Of a stretch of 44,330 nucleotides of DNA, positions 19,446 through 27,047 are shown one piece after another. Position 1 is the stretch's first letter. Every line of letters begins with the position of its first letter. Source of the stretch: an uncultured Pseudomonadota bacterium (lineage in GTDB: Bacteria > Oederibacteriota > Muellerivitia > Muellerivitales > Muellerivitaceae); NCBI GenBank assembly GCA_963843375.1, contig CAWJKT010000002.1, positions 1 through 44,330 of the forward strand. Reading direction: 5' to 3'. The notes below the pieces were generated by a model. That model saw only the letters and a program-made list of their open reading frames with translations, searched no databases and was not told the origin of the DNA. A program made the position numbers and the translations under genes.

Positions 19446-21428
19446 TTAAACCCTTTGGAGAATTGAAAAAAAACCGCCATCATGTTCGGGGGTAGGTAGG
19501 AAAATCACGCCCAACTCGTCTTTCATTATCTCAGGATGGCCTGCCCCGAGCCCCGTCGAGTGGTCCCCTGGCATGGGGGGAATAAACAAACTCCACTCAG
19601 GATGATCCTTCAAGAAAGACTCAATCACTTCCTGGTTTTCTTCTTTCTCCAAGGAACAGGTGCTATAGACTAAATAGCCCGTGGGGTAAAGATGACCCTG
19701 AGCTTCCTCCAGCAAATCCTTTTGCGGTTGGACATGCTCCAAAACATTCCGGGGTTCAATCTTCCACCGCAAATCCGCTCGTCGGGACAAAACCCCCGTC
19801 CCGCTGCAGGGCGCGTCCACCCAAATCAAATCGAACTTCTGGGAAGGCGGCATTTTTTTCAATTCCCCGTCATAAACCATCACTTGCTTCAAGCCGGTGC
19901 GTTTGAGGTTTTCGGCTAATCGCTTGCGGCGTTCGGAGGAGGCATCGGTGGCGATCACTTGGCCCTTTTCCCCTAGTTTCCAGGCCAGGGCAACGGTTTT
20001 TCCACCGGGCGCGGCACACATATCCCAGGCCCTCTGGCCTTCGGAAAGCGGAAGCATTTCCAGCATAGCCTGGGGCACCCAATCCTGGACGATCCAATCC
20101 CCTTTTTGAAAACTCTCTCCGCTGAATAAACCACCCTCATGGCTTTTCAAACTGAGTGTCCGGTCGGGCCAATCCACCTTGGCTACACGAACATTTTGTT
20201 TACCCAGGTCCTCTTCCACTTTTTCAACGGTACCCGGCCTCACATGGAGATAAACCGGATGGGGTTTATTATCGGCTTTCAGGACTTCTTCTAATTGTTC
20301 GGGATTTAGGAACTTGGCCCACTTTTTCACCAGCCAAGTCGGATGGGAGTAGCGAATAGAGAGGGTATCCACATCGCTATCGCCCTTGATCTCAAAAGCG
20401 CTTTTTTTGGCTTCGGCGTTTCTTAAAACCGCATTCACGAAGCCGCTCAAGGCTTCTTGTCCGCCCTTTTTGGCGATATTAACCGATTCATGCACCGCCG
20501 CGTGGGCGGGAACCCGGTCCAGGAAAAGAAGCTGGTAGAGTCCAAGCCTCAGGGCAATCTTCACTTCGACGGGCAACTTTTCAAAGGGGGACTGGCAGAG
20601 TGAATTCAAATGGTAATCCAAAATCCGTTTTTGACGGGTACAGCCATAAACCAATTCCCGCAAAAGGGCTTCGTCTTCAGGTTTTAGTCCTTGGAAGTTT
20701 GAGAGGACGTCCGCAACCTTGGCTCCTTTTTCGATGCTATAGAGGGACTTTGCCGCGGCTAAACGGGAAGGGGAAATGAAAACCTCTTCTAGACGGGAAA
20801 CCGCTGGCCGGTCGGGTCTTGGGCTCGGGTGACCTCCGGACCGGTCGGACCGAAAGGGTGGACGGCCACCGGGCTTATGGGAACGAAAAGATGAACGGTC
20901 CCCGGGCCCTTTTCGAAAGATGGGCCTGCCAGCGGGACGTTCTGGACGATATGGAGGACGTTCGGGAGAAGGGCTTGGCGAGTTTGAAAAGACTTCACCC
21001 TCTTTCGGAGGAGTTTGGGACTGGGGTGGACGGAAATCCGGACGGTTCGATTGGAACGGAGGGCGTCCACCTGGTTTATTGGAACGAAAAGTTGGACGTC
21101 CGCCCGGCCGGTTTGATCGAACCGGCGGACGATCCCCTGGCCCTTTGCGAAAAGGCGGCCCGCCCAAGGGTCGGTCCTCGTTACCAGGACGATGTGAAGG
21201 TTTGCCAGAGTCAAAATGGCGGGGCCTCGATTCATGGGAACCCGCACCTCTTGAAGAATCTGATTTAGGCCGAAAGGGACGTGGCGGCCTTCCTGAGGAA
21301 GAACGACCCGAGGGGGGGCGGCCCGAACTTCCGGATGGCCGAGGGGGCCTGACAGAAGAAGGACGGCGCGGCCCGGAACGGCGGGGAGGCTTTGAACCGG
21401 AAGGTGGCAGACCAGAGGGCGTTTCCAT
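19446..21428 (-). CDS. rsmB: 16S rRNA m5C967 methyltransferase RsmB/Sun with a long low-complexity N-terminal extension
   Basis: NusB-like domain (LRLGLYQL, FVNAVLR), YSHPTWLV, DMCAAPGGKT, DAPCSGTG, YSTCSL, HDGGF; downstream of fmt as usual. Confidence 0.92.
   Translation of the reverse strand: METPSGLPPSGSKPPRRSGPRRPSSVRPPRPSGSSGRPPSGRSSSGRPPRPFRPKSDSSRGAGSHESRPRHFDSGKPSHRPGNEDRPLGGPPFRKGPGDRPPVRSNRPGGRPTFRSNKPGGRPPFQSNRPDFRPPQSQTPPKEGEVFSNSPSPSPERPPYRPERPAGRPIFRKGPGDRSSFRSHKPGGRPPFRSDRSGGHPSPRPDRPAVSRLEEVFISPSRLAAAKSLYSIEKGAKVADVLSNFQGLKPEDEALLRELVYGCTRQKRILDYHLNSLCQSPFEKLPVEVKIALRLGLYQLLFLDRVPAHAAVHESVNIAKKGGQEALSGFVNAVLRNAEAKKSAFEIKGDSDVDTLSIRYSHPTWLVKKWAKFLNPEQLEEVLKADNKPHPVYLHVRPGTVEKVEEDLGKQNVRVAKVDWPDRTLSLKSHEGGLFSGESFQKGDWIVQDWVPQAMLEMLPLSEGQRAWDMCAAPGGKTVALAWKLGEKGQVIATDASSERRKRLAENLKRTGLKQVMVYDGELKKMPPSQKFDLIWVDAPCSGTGVLSRRADLRWKIEPRNVLEHVQPQKDLLEEAQGHLYPTGYLVYSTCSLEKEENQEVIESFLKDHPEWSLFIPPMPGDHSTGLGAGHPEIMKDELGVIFLPTPEHDGGFFSILQRV
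19540..19563. repeat. Short REP-like palindromic element inside the rsmB coding sequence
   Basis: CCTGCCCCGAGCCCCGTCGAGTGG (24 nt, encodes HSTGLGAG on the - strand) resembles the CCTG..GAGC...GTCGA.GG short repeats that insert in frame into genes. Confidence 0.45.
20820..21180 (-). repeat. Degenerate ~30-nt (10-aa) tandem coding repeats in the RsmB tail
   Basis: GGPPFRKGPG / DRPPVRSNRP / GGRPTFRSNKP / GGRPPFQSNRP ... GRPIFRKGPG / DRSSFRSHKP / GGRPPFRSDRS. Confidence 0.8.
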
Positions 21429-21458
21429 GTGGCTTACTTTCTTGCTTGTTAGATTTAT

Positions 21459-21552
21459 CTGTCATTGTGAAGAGGCAGCATTGTCTCACGTGGAGGAACC
21501 AATCCAAAGCAAACAAAAAAACTAAAGTTTTTCAAATGTTTTAAATTGCCAC
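21459..21552. repeat. Degenerate GTCATTGCGAG-type intergenic palindromic element
   Basis: CTGTCATTGTGAAGAGG...CAATCC...ATTGCCACG between fmt and rsmB. A possible second-half remnant (...CCTCGCGATGA) lies at ~19400, just downstream of rsmB. Confidence 0.35.
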
Positions 21553-21588
21553 GTTGAAAAGTCGGCGGATTGAAATTGGAGATTAAAC

Positions 21589-22529
21589 CTAAGAAAGCGT
21601 CTCCCCGACTTTAAAATCCCGATGGCCCAAGATGAAATCGTAAGCGCTCATTTTTTTCTTCCCCGGTGGTTGTATCTCCAGCAGTTTCACCGAGTCAATC
21701 CCCGCGGCAACAACCACCCCTTCCTTGGAAATATCCAGCACTTCCCCCGGTTTACCCTTCCGGTTATCCAAAGCCGCCTTGTATATCTTCATCTCCATTC
21801 CGTTCCAGGACGTCTCCGCCAGCGGCCAGGGGTTCAAGCCCCTCACCCGGTTATGAATCCTGGTCGCGGGCGAATGCCAATCTAACCGGCAGAATTCCCT
21901 TTTGATGGATGGGGCGTAAGTGGCTTTTTGGGCATTCCTGGGGCATCCGTGGAGGCTTTCCCCTGCCCCAATAGCTTGAGGGCTTCCAAAAGCCCTTGGG
22001 AACCCAGTTTGGCCAGCCGGTCGTGGACTTCCCCGGTGGTTTCTTCAGGCCCAATAGGTGTGGTTTTGGCAAGAAGGATATCCCCTTCATCCATCTTCTC
22101 ATTCATGTAGATGAGGGTGACGCCCGTTTCCTTTTCCCCGGCCATGACCGCATAATGGATAGGCGCCGCTCCGCGGTACTTGGGCAGAATGGAACCGTGG
22201 ATGTTCAGGCAGGCTACCTTCGGGATTTGAAGGACGGCGGAAGGCAATATCTGTCCATAGGCGGCAACCACCGCGATGTCCGCTTGCGTTTTTTGGAGTA
22301 TTTCAATGACTTCAGGAGTCCTGATCTTTTCGGGTTGGAATAAGGGCAAACCCAATTGAGCCGCCTTTTTCTTCACGGGGGACTCTTTGAGTTCCAATCC
22401 CCTGCCAGCGGGCTTATCCGGCTGGGTCACCACCAAGACGACTGGATGTCCGGCAAAATGAAGGGCTTCCAGCGAGGGAACGGCAAAATCCGACGTGCCC
22501 ATGAAAAGAATACGAAATGGATTTTCCAA
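21589..22529 (-). CDS. fmt: Methionyl-tRNA formyltransferase, two frameshifts at ~21930-21955
   Basis: FMGTSDFA, VTQPDKPAGRG, AAYGQIL, NIHGSILPKYRGAAPI, MDEGD. Hand-restored KATYAPSIKREFCRLDW...HNRVRGLNPWP; C-terminal QPPGKKKM. Confidence 0.93.
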
Positions 22530-22616
22530 GAAACGCCTTTCAATTTGTCAACTATTCCCACAGTTTAATCATCCCTTATTTCAAAAGAAAGGCGAAGAAA
22601 GAATTTATCCTCAAAA

Positions 22617-23186
22617 TTAAGGACTGGATGGAACATCCGAATAGGGATAGGTCTGGGGATTAGAGGGAACCGGGGAAGATAGGGACTCGGGATAGGATAT
22701 GTTGTCCGACGGGATCACCATTTCAACCTGGGTTGCCAGCAAAAGCCCCGGAACCAGCGGGCTGCCATCCGACGCACACTTCCAAACTCGAACTACAACC
22801 TGGCGGGCCTGGGGAATGCTACTCACTGGACTGACTTGAACCTGGCGCAAATATCGCCAATGGCCGTTAGACAATCGGTTCCCGCTTAAAGGGTTCCCGG
22901 GATCATTCACCTGCTTATCAGTGGTCAATTCCAAATTGAATTGCGAACCATCACTATAGCCGTCTAATATCGCCGGCCCGTTCTGGGGATTGTTGCTGGA
23001 CTGGGCCAAGAGCTCATTGATCATTTGCTGCGCCTTCATTGAGGCGTAACCTTTGTCTTCCAAATTCACCGTTCTTTCGGTAAACACTTTCCAAAACTGA
23101 ACAGTAGCCTGGGCGGTAAGTCCAAGAATCACGATGGCAATGCACATTTCGATGAGGCTGATACCTTTGGAATCAAGTTCTCTCAT
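22617..23186 (-). CDS. Prepilin-type N-terminal cleavage/methylation protein (minor pilin or pseudopilin)
   Basis: Class III signal KG|ISLIEMCIAIVILGL, with Glu at +5 followed by a hydrophobic helix. Confidence 0.75.
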   Translation of the reverse strand: MRELDSKGISLIEMCIAIVILGLTAQATVQFWKVFTERTVNLEDKGYASMKAQQMINELLAQSSNNPQNGPAILDGYSDGSQFNLELTTDKQVNDPGNPLSGNRLSNGHWRYLRQVQVSPVSSIPQARQVVVRVWKCASDGSPLVPGLLLATQVEMVIPSDNISYPESLSSPVPSNPQTYPYSDVPSSP

Positions 23187-23280
23187 TCATTACCCGTTTT
23201 TACATGATCCAAAAGAAACCCAAAAGGCCATCCTCCACCGATTTCGTTCAACACGATGGGATCGCTTTGATTTTTATATT

Positions 23281-23805
23281 TTAAAGCCGGACGGTTTCTT
23301 GGAAATTCTTTTTAAGCTGGTCGAGCTGTTTCTTCAGAAACAGGCGTTTAACGGCGGGAACCTTTTGAATGAAAAGCTGGCCATTCATGTGGTCGATCTC
23401 ATGCAAGACACAACGGGCCAAGAGGCCCTCATATCGGGAAACCTTCTGCTGCCCTTCCAAATCCTGATACTTCACCTTGACCACGAGGGATCTTTCAACG
23501 TCCTCCCGAACATCGGGAATGGATAGGCACCCTTCCTCAATGGTTTCGGCGCCCTCCTCTTCAAGAATTTCAGGGTTAAAAATCACAGTGGACTCACCCT
23601 TGTCTTCCTGGTCGTAATGTTCGTCCATGACCATCATCCGAATGGCTTCCCCAATTTGAATGGCGGCCAAGCCAACGCCGTTGGCGTTGCGCATGGTTTC
23701 AGTCATATCGGCGGCCAATTCCTTCAATTCAGGCCCGAATTCAGTGACGGGTTTGCTCTTTAGTTTGAGCCGGGGATCCGGATAAAGAACGATGGGAAGA
23801 AGCAT
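23281..23805 (-). CDS. def: Peptide deformylase
   Basis: GVGLAAIQIG, EGCLSIP, HEIDHMNG; GAGGT Shine-Dalgarno. Confidence 0.96.
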   Translation of the reverse strand: MLLPIVLYPDPRLKLKSKPVTEFGPELKELAADMTETMRNANGVGLAAIQIGEAIRMMVMDEHYDQEDKGESTVIFNPEILEEEGAETIEEGCLSIPDVREDVERSLVVKVKYQDLEGQQKVSRYEGLLARCVLHEIDHMNGQLFIQKVPAVKRLFLKKQLDQLKKNFQETVRL

Positions 23806-23836
23806 GTTGACCTCGTTAAATGGGTGTTACGAGGTA

Positions 23837-23866
23837 ATTATAAGTTCAATGGGCTGGCAAACTCAA
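23837..23866 (-). promoter_or_regulatory. Possible sigma70 promoter for def
   Basis: On the - strand: TTGAGT, 18-bp spacer, TATAAT, about 30 nt before the def ATG. Confidence 0.4.
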
Positions 23867-24525
23867 GGCCGTGAGGCCTTTGCGGAGCGCTTATCCAAGG
23901 CTTTTTGGAGCTCCTCGGCTGCGGTTTTGGGATTCTTAGCCTCCGTAATAGCCCTCACCACGGCCAAGCGCGTCGCGCCAGCGCGAAGCACTTCCTCAAT
24001 GTTGGTAAGGTTGATCCCGCCGATGGCAAAAAAAGGAATGGGCGGATGAATCTCGGCGACTTGCCGCACATAGTCCACTCCCACCGCCGGACGTCCCCGC
24101 TTGGTGGGTGTCGGATAAACCGGACCCACTCCCATATAATTCGCCCCGTCCAAGATGGCCTTTCGAGCTTCTTCCAAGCTGTGGGTGGAAACACCAACAA
24201 CTTTTCCTTCCCCTATAATCTCCCGGACTTCTTTTACGGATAAATCCTCTTGACCCACATGAACGCCGTCGGCATCGACTAGTCGTGCGATATCGGGCCG
24301 GTTATTGACGATAAAGAGGATCCGATAGCGGCGAGTCAAGGCGCGGAACTTATGGGCTAGGGATAAAAGTTCGGCATCCTTCAAGGAATAATCCCTGAGT
24401 TGAAGAATGTCTACTCCGCCTTCCACGGCCTCTTCCACCGCCTTGAAATCTTGGTGATCCAGGAGGCTTCCAGCGCCGGCGACCAAGTAAAGGCGGGACC
24501 TTTCGAGTTTACTGATGGTTCCCAT
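23863..24525 (-). CDS. thiE: Thiamine-phosphate synthase
   Basis: QLRD, VNNRPDIA, DGVHVGQEDL, GVSTHS, GPVYPTPTK, AIGGI; ATG 24525 has a GGAGGT Shine-Dalgarno. Confidence 0.95.
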   Translation of the reverse strand: MGTISKLERSRLYLVAGAGSLLDHQDFKAVEEAVEGGVDILQLRDYSLKDAELLSLAHKFRALTRRYRILFIVNNRPDIARLVDADGVHVGQEDLSVKEVREIIGEGKVVGVSTHSLEEARKAILDGANYMGVGPVYPTPTKRGRPAVGVDYVRQVAEIHPPIPFFAIGGINLTNIEEVLRAGATRLAVVRAITEAKNPKTAAEELQKALDKRSAKASRP

Positions 24526-24634
24526 GTTTACCTCCGGTTCCATACCATGCTATTGGGGTTTAATCCATGTGAACGAATGATGAAATCCTCGAAAACAAAC
24601 GGCTTGAAACCGTTTCTATCCGGGAGAGACTCAA

Positions 24635-25429
24635 TTAAAAGTCTTTATTCGGAGTGGAGGCCTGGGCGTAAAGCTTTTTCGGGATTCGGCCCGCCAGATA
24701 AGACAGGCGGCCCGCTTCGGTTGCGTGACGCATAGCATGGGCCATCTTAAGGGGATCCTTGGCGTGGGCGATGGCGGTATTGAGCAATACCGCCATGACT
24801 CCCAGTTCCATCGCGACCGCCACATCGGAAGCGGAGCCGACCCCGGCGTCAATCAGGACGGGGCATTTCAATTTCTCCAGGATGATGCGGATGTTGTTGG
24901 GATTTAAAACACCCTGGCCCGAGCCAATGGGAGATCCCGCAGGCATGACGGCGTGCGCGCCGACCTGTTCTAGTTTTTGAGCCATGACCGGATCGTCCGA
25001 GGTGTAAGTCATGACCGTAAAGCCTTCCTTGACCAGGATCTGGGTGGCTTCCAAGGTTGCGATGGGATCAGGAAGAAGTGTTTTTTCATCATAAAGGACT
25101 TCCAACTTGACGAAATCCGAAATACCCGAGGCCCTCGCCAAATGCGCTACCCGGATGGCCTCTTCCGCACTGTAACAACCAGCGGTGTTGGGCAGGAGGG
25201 TGTATTTCTTGGGATCAACAAAATCTAAAAGAGTCTTCTCTCCCTTATTATCTAAATTGACCCGGCGAAGGGCGATGGTGACGATCTCGGTGCCCGAAGC
25301 CTCAAGGCATTGGGCCATTAGTTCGTTGGTAGCGTACTTTCCCGTGCCCACCAACAGCCTAGAGTGGAAAACTTTTCCGTTGATTTGATAGGTATCTTCG
25401 AATTTGACCTGATCCATGGTTGCCATCAT
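24635..25429 (-). CDS. thiG: Thiazole synthase
   Basis: [44 protein letters not shown]. Start overlaps the thiS stop (TGATG) at 25429, or is at 25426. Confidence 0.96.
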   Translation of the reverse strand: MMATMDQVKFEDTYQINGKVFHSRLLVGTGKYATNELMAQCLEASGTEIVTIALRRVNLDNKGEKTLLDFVDPKKYTLLPNTAGCYSAEEAIRVAHLARASGISDFVKLEVLYDEKTLLPDPIATLEATQILVKEGFTVMTYTSDDPVMAQKLEQVGAHAVMPAGSPIGSGQGVLNPNNIRIILEKLKCPVLIDAGVGSASDVAVAMELGVMAVLLNTAIAHAKDPLKMAHAMRHATEAGRLSYLAGRIPKKLYAQASTPNKDF

Positions 25430-25629
25430 CAGCCGCCTCCGACAAATTGAATGAGTTCGACTTGATCGCCTTCCGTAAGTTTGCAATCCGCACGTTGCCC
25501 GGTTTGGATGATCCTGCGGTTTACTTCCGCCACCACCGTTTCTTTGCGGACGCCTAACCGTTTAATGAGTTCTTCCAGGGAAATACCGTCGCCTAATTCC
25601 TTAAGTTCCCCATTAATGAGCAATTTCAA
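25429..25629 (-). CDS. thiS: Sulfur carrier protein ThiS
   Basis: 66 aa from TTG 25629 (GAGG Shine-Dalgarno); ING, EVN, C-terminal [14 protein letters not shown]. Confidence 0.93.
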   Translation of the reverse strand: MKLLINGELKELGDGISLEELIKRLGVRKETVVAEVNRRIIQTGQRADCKLTEGDQVELIQFVGGG

Positions 25630-25709
25630 GCCAAACCTCATTCTTTGTGTAAATGAAAGATAAATAAAATTCAAAGGACAACTATCTTTATTTAATTCGA
25701 GGAGGGTTT

Positions 25710-26124
25710 TCAAGGCCTGCTTTTGAGTTGCCTCAAAATTTCATTCAACCGGGCTTCGAAGTCATTCTCTTCGTGAAGTATTGTCCAAGCCCAGAAGGCG
25801 GTTCAGGGCGATTCGAGTGATGAGACTACCCTTGAGGCGGTGGTCTTGAGCCAAAACCTCCTCCAAAAGACGTATTTGGGTGAAAGTTAATTTTGAGCTT
25901 TTTTGTTTCCCGTCGATTTTAACTCGCCTTCCGGTGCCAACCGGTTTCATTGATTGTTTTCTCAGATCCGTCAATCTTTCGGTCGTCCTCTGAGCTTGGG
26001 TTTTGGAGGGGAAATTCGATTTTTCGGCTGAGACTCGTACTTGCTCTTCACGGTCCTGCCGAAGGGCTTGGAGTCGTCTTATCTGCTTTTCGGCCTCAGT
26101 TAAGTGCTTCTCTTGCTCGCTCAC
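25710..26124 (-). CDS. Hypothetical coiled-coil protein with a ribbon-helix-helix-like C-terminal part; probable frameshift near 25773
   Basis: GTG 26124 with AAGGA upstream gives MSEQEKHLTEAEKQIRRLQ.... Removing one base extends the protein with EENDFEARLNEILRQLKSRP to a stop at 25710. Confidence 0.5.
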
Positions 26125-27043
26125 GGACCAGTCCTTCTTCATCAAATATGAAAGGCCACTTTCTTTCGAGCCAGGGTGCAAAGAAATAACACGACAACCC
26201 TACCCCCAAACCCGCCACAACATCAACGAAATAATGATACCGTCCATAAATGGTGCCCGCGAACATCGCCATGGTCATAAAAAGCACAACAAACCGCCAT
26301 TTTCCAAAATACCGGTAAGCCATAAAACAAATGATGGATGCGGCAATGTGGGAACTGGGAAAAGACCCCCCAGGAAACGCGTTATTTTCAACCGCCGCTT
26401 GGAGCCAATCGGAAACCCAATAACCCTGGAGGGATTCCCGGAGTCCCGGCATATAAAAACGGGGGCTTTCCGCCGGAAGGAAAATGAAAAGGATGTAATG
26501 GAGGTAATAAGTAAAGCTAAGAGAAAACATGAACTCGCGGAATCGAGTCCGTGGCGCTCGGAAATAAAGCACTAACGCCGAAAGGGGCATCAGAACGAAA
26601 TAAAAACTGTAACCGATGCTAAAAAACTCGTTTAAAAGCCGAGCGGGGGGATAAAACTTTTGAAAGTTCCAGACCCTGAATCCAATTTTCCCCATCTCGT
26701 TATCCACGCTTAATAGCCATTCATCAAGCGTCCAATCAAAATATTGGTGGATCAAAAGCCCTACTTCTTTATAGAAAAATAACATCGCCACAAGGGGATA
26801 GAAATCGCAGATAAAACGAACGGGGGGAGCGGTAACATTTCGCAGATTCCATAAGGCCACCATCAACGCCACAAAAATCAAAACGTGATATCCAATGAGC
26901 CGGAATTTGTCCTCAAAGGAAAGATTCCCGGCCAATATTAATCCCGCCATGAAGAACTGATATAAAAGCACCAATGAATCCACTGGTTTAATCCAGGGCT
27001 CAGGAGCACGTTCAATTTTGATTGTGTATAAGTTCTTGGGCAT
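26096..27043 (-). CDS. PAP2-superfamily membrane phosphotransferase/phosphatase, Aur1/IPC-synthase-like (PAP2_3 type)
   Basis: Multiple transmembrane segments; YFSFY, LPAESPR, SFPSSH and GRYHYFVDVVAG (the His/His/Asp triad motifs of Aur1-like proteins). Confidence 0.8.
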   Translation of the reverse strand: MPKNLYTIKIERAPEPWIKPVDSLVLLYQFFMAGLILAGNLSFEDKFRLIGYHVLIFVALMVALWNLRNVTAPPVRFICDFYPLVAMLFFYKEVGLLIHQYFDWTLDEWLLSVDNEMGKIGFRVWNFQKFYPPARLLNEFFSIGYSFYFVLMPLSALVLYFRAPRTRFREFMFSLSFTYYLHYILFIFLPAESPRFYMPGLRESLQGYWVSDWLQAAVENNAFPGGSFPSSHIAASIICFMAYRYFGKWRFVVLFMTMAMFAGTIYGRYHYFVDVVAGLGVGLSCYFFAPWLERKWPFIFDEEGLVRERAREALN

Positions 27044-27047
27044 GGGC

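Noticed and set aside
20819..21525. Gly/Arg-rich + strand ORFs; the 30-nt repeats as a possible CRISPR array
   Set aside because: Antisense to the RsmB tail. The repeats are degenerate, coding and lack unique spacers, and there are no cas genes.
21589..22529. fmt (and likewise gltD) as genuine pseudogenes or programmed frameshifts
   Set aside because: The repaired sequences look fully conserved, I see no slippery heptamer or stimulatory structure, and similar indels affect many unrelated genes.
25630..25761. TPP riboswitch upstream of thiS
   Set aside because: No CTGAGA or ACCTGA core is visible; most of the gap is explained by the frameshifted tail of the upstream gene.
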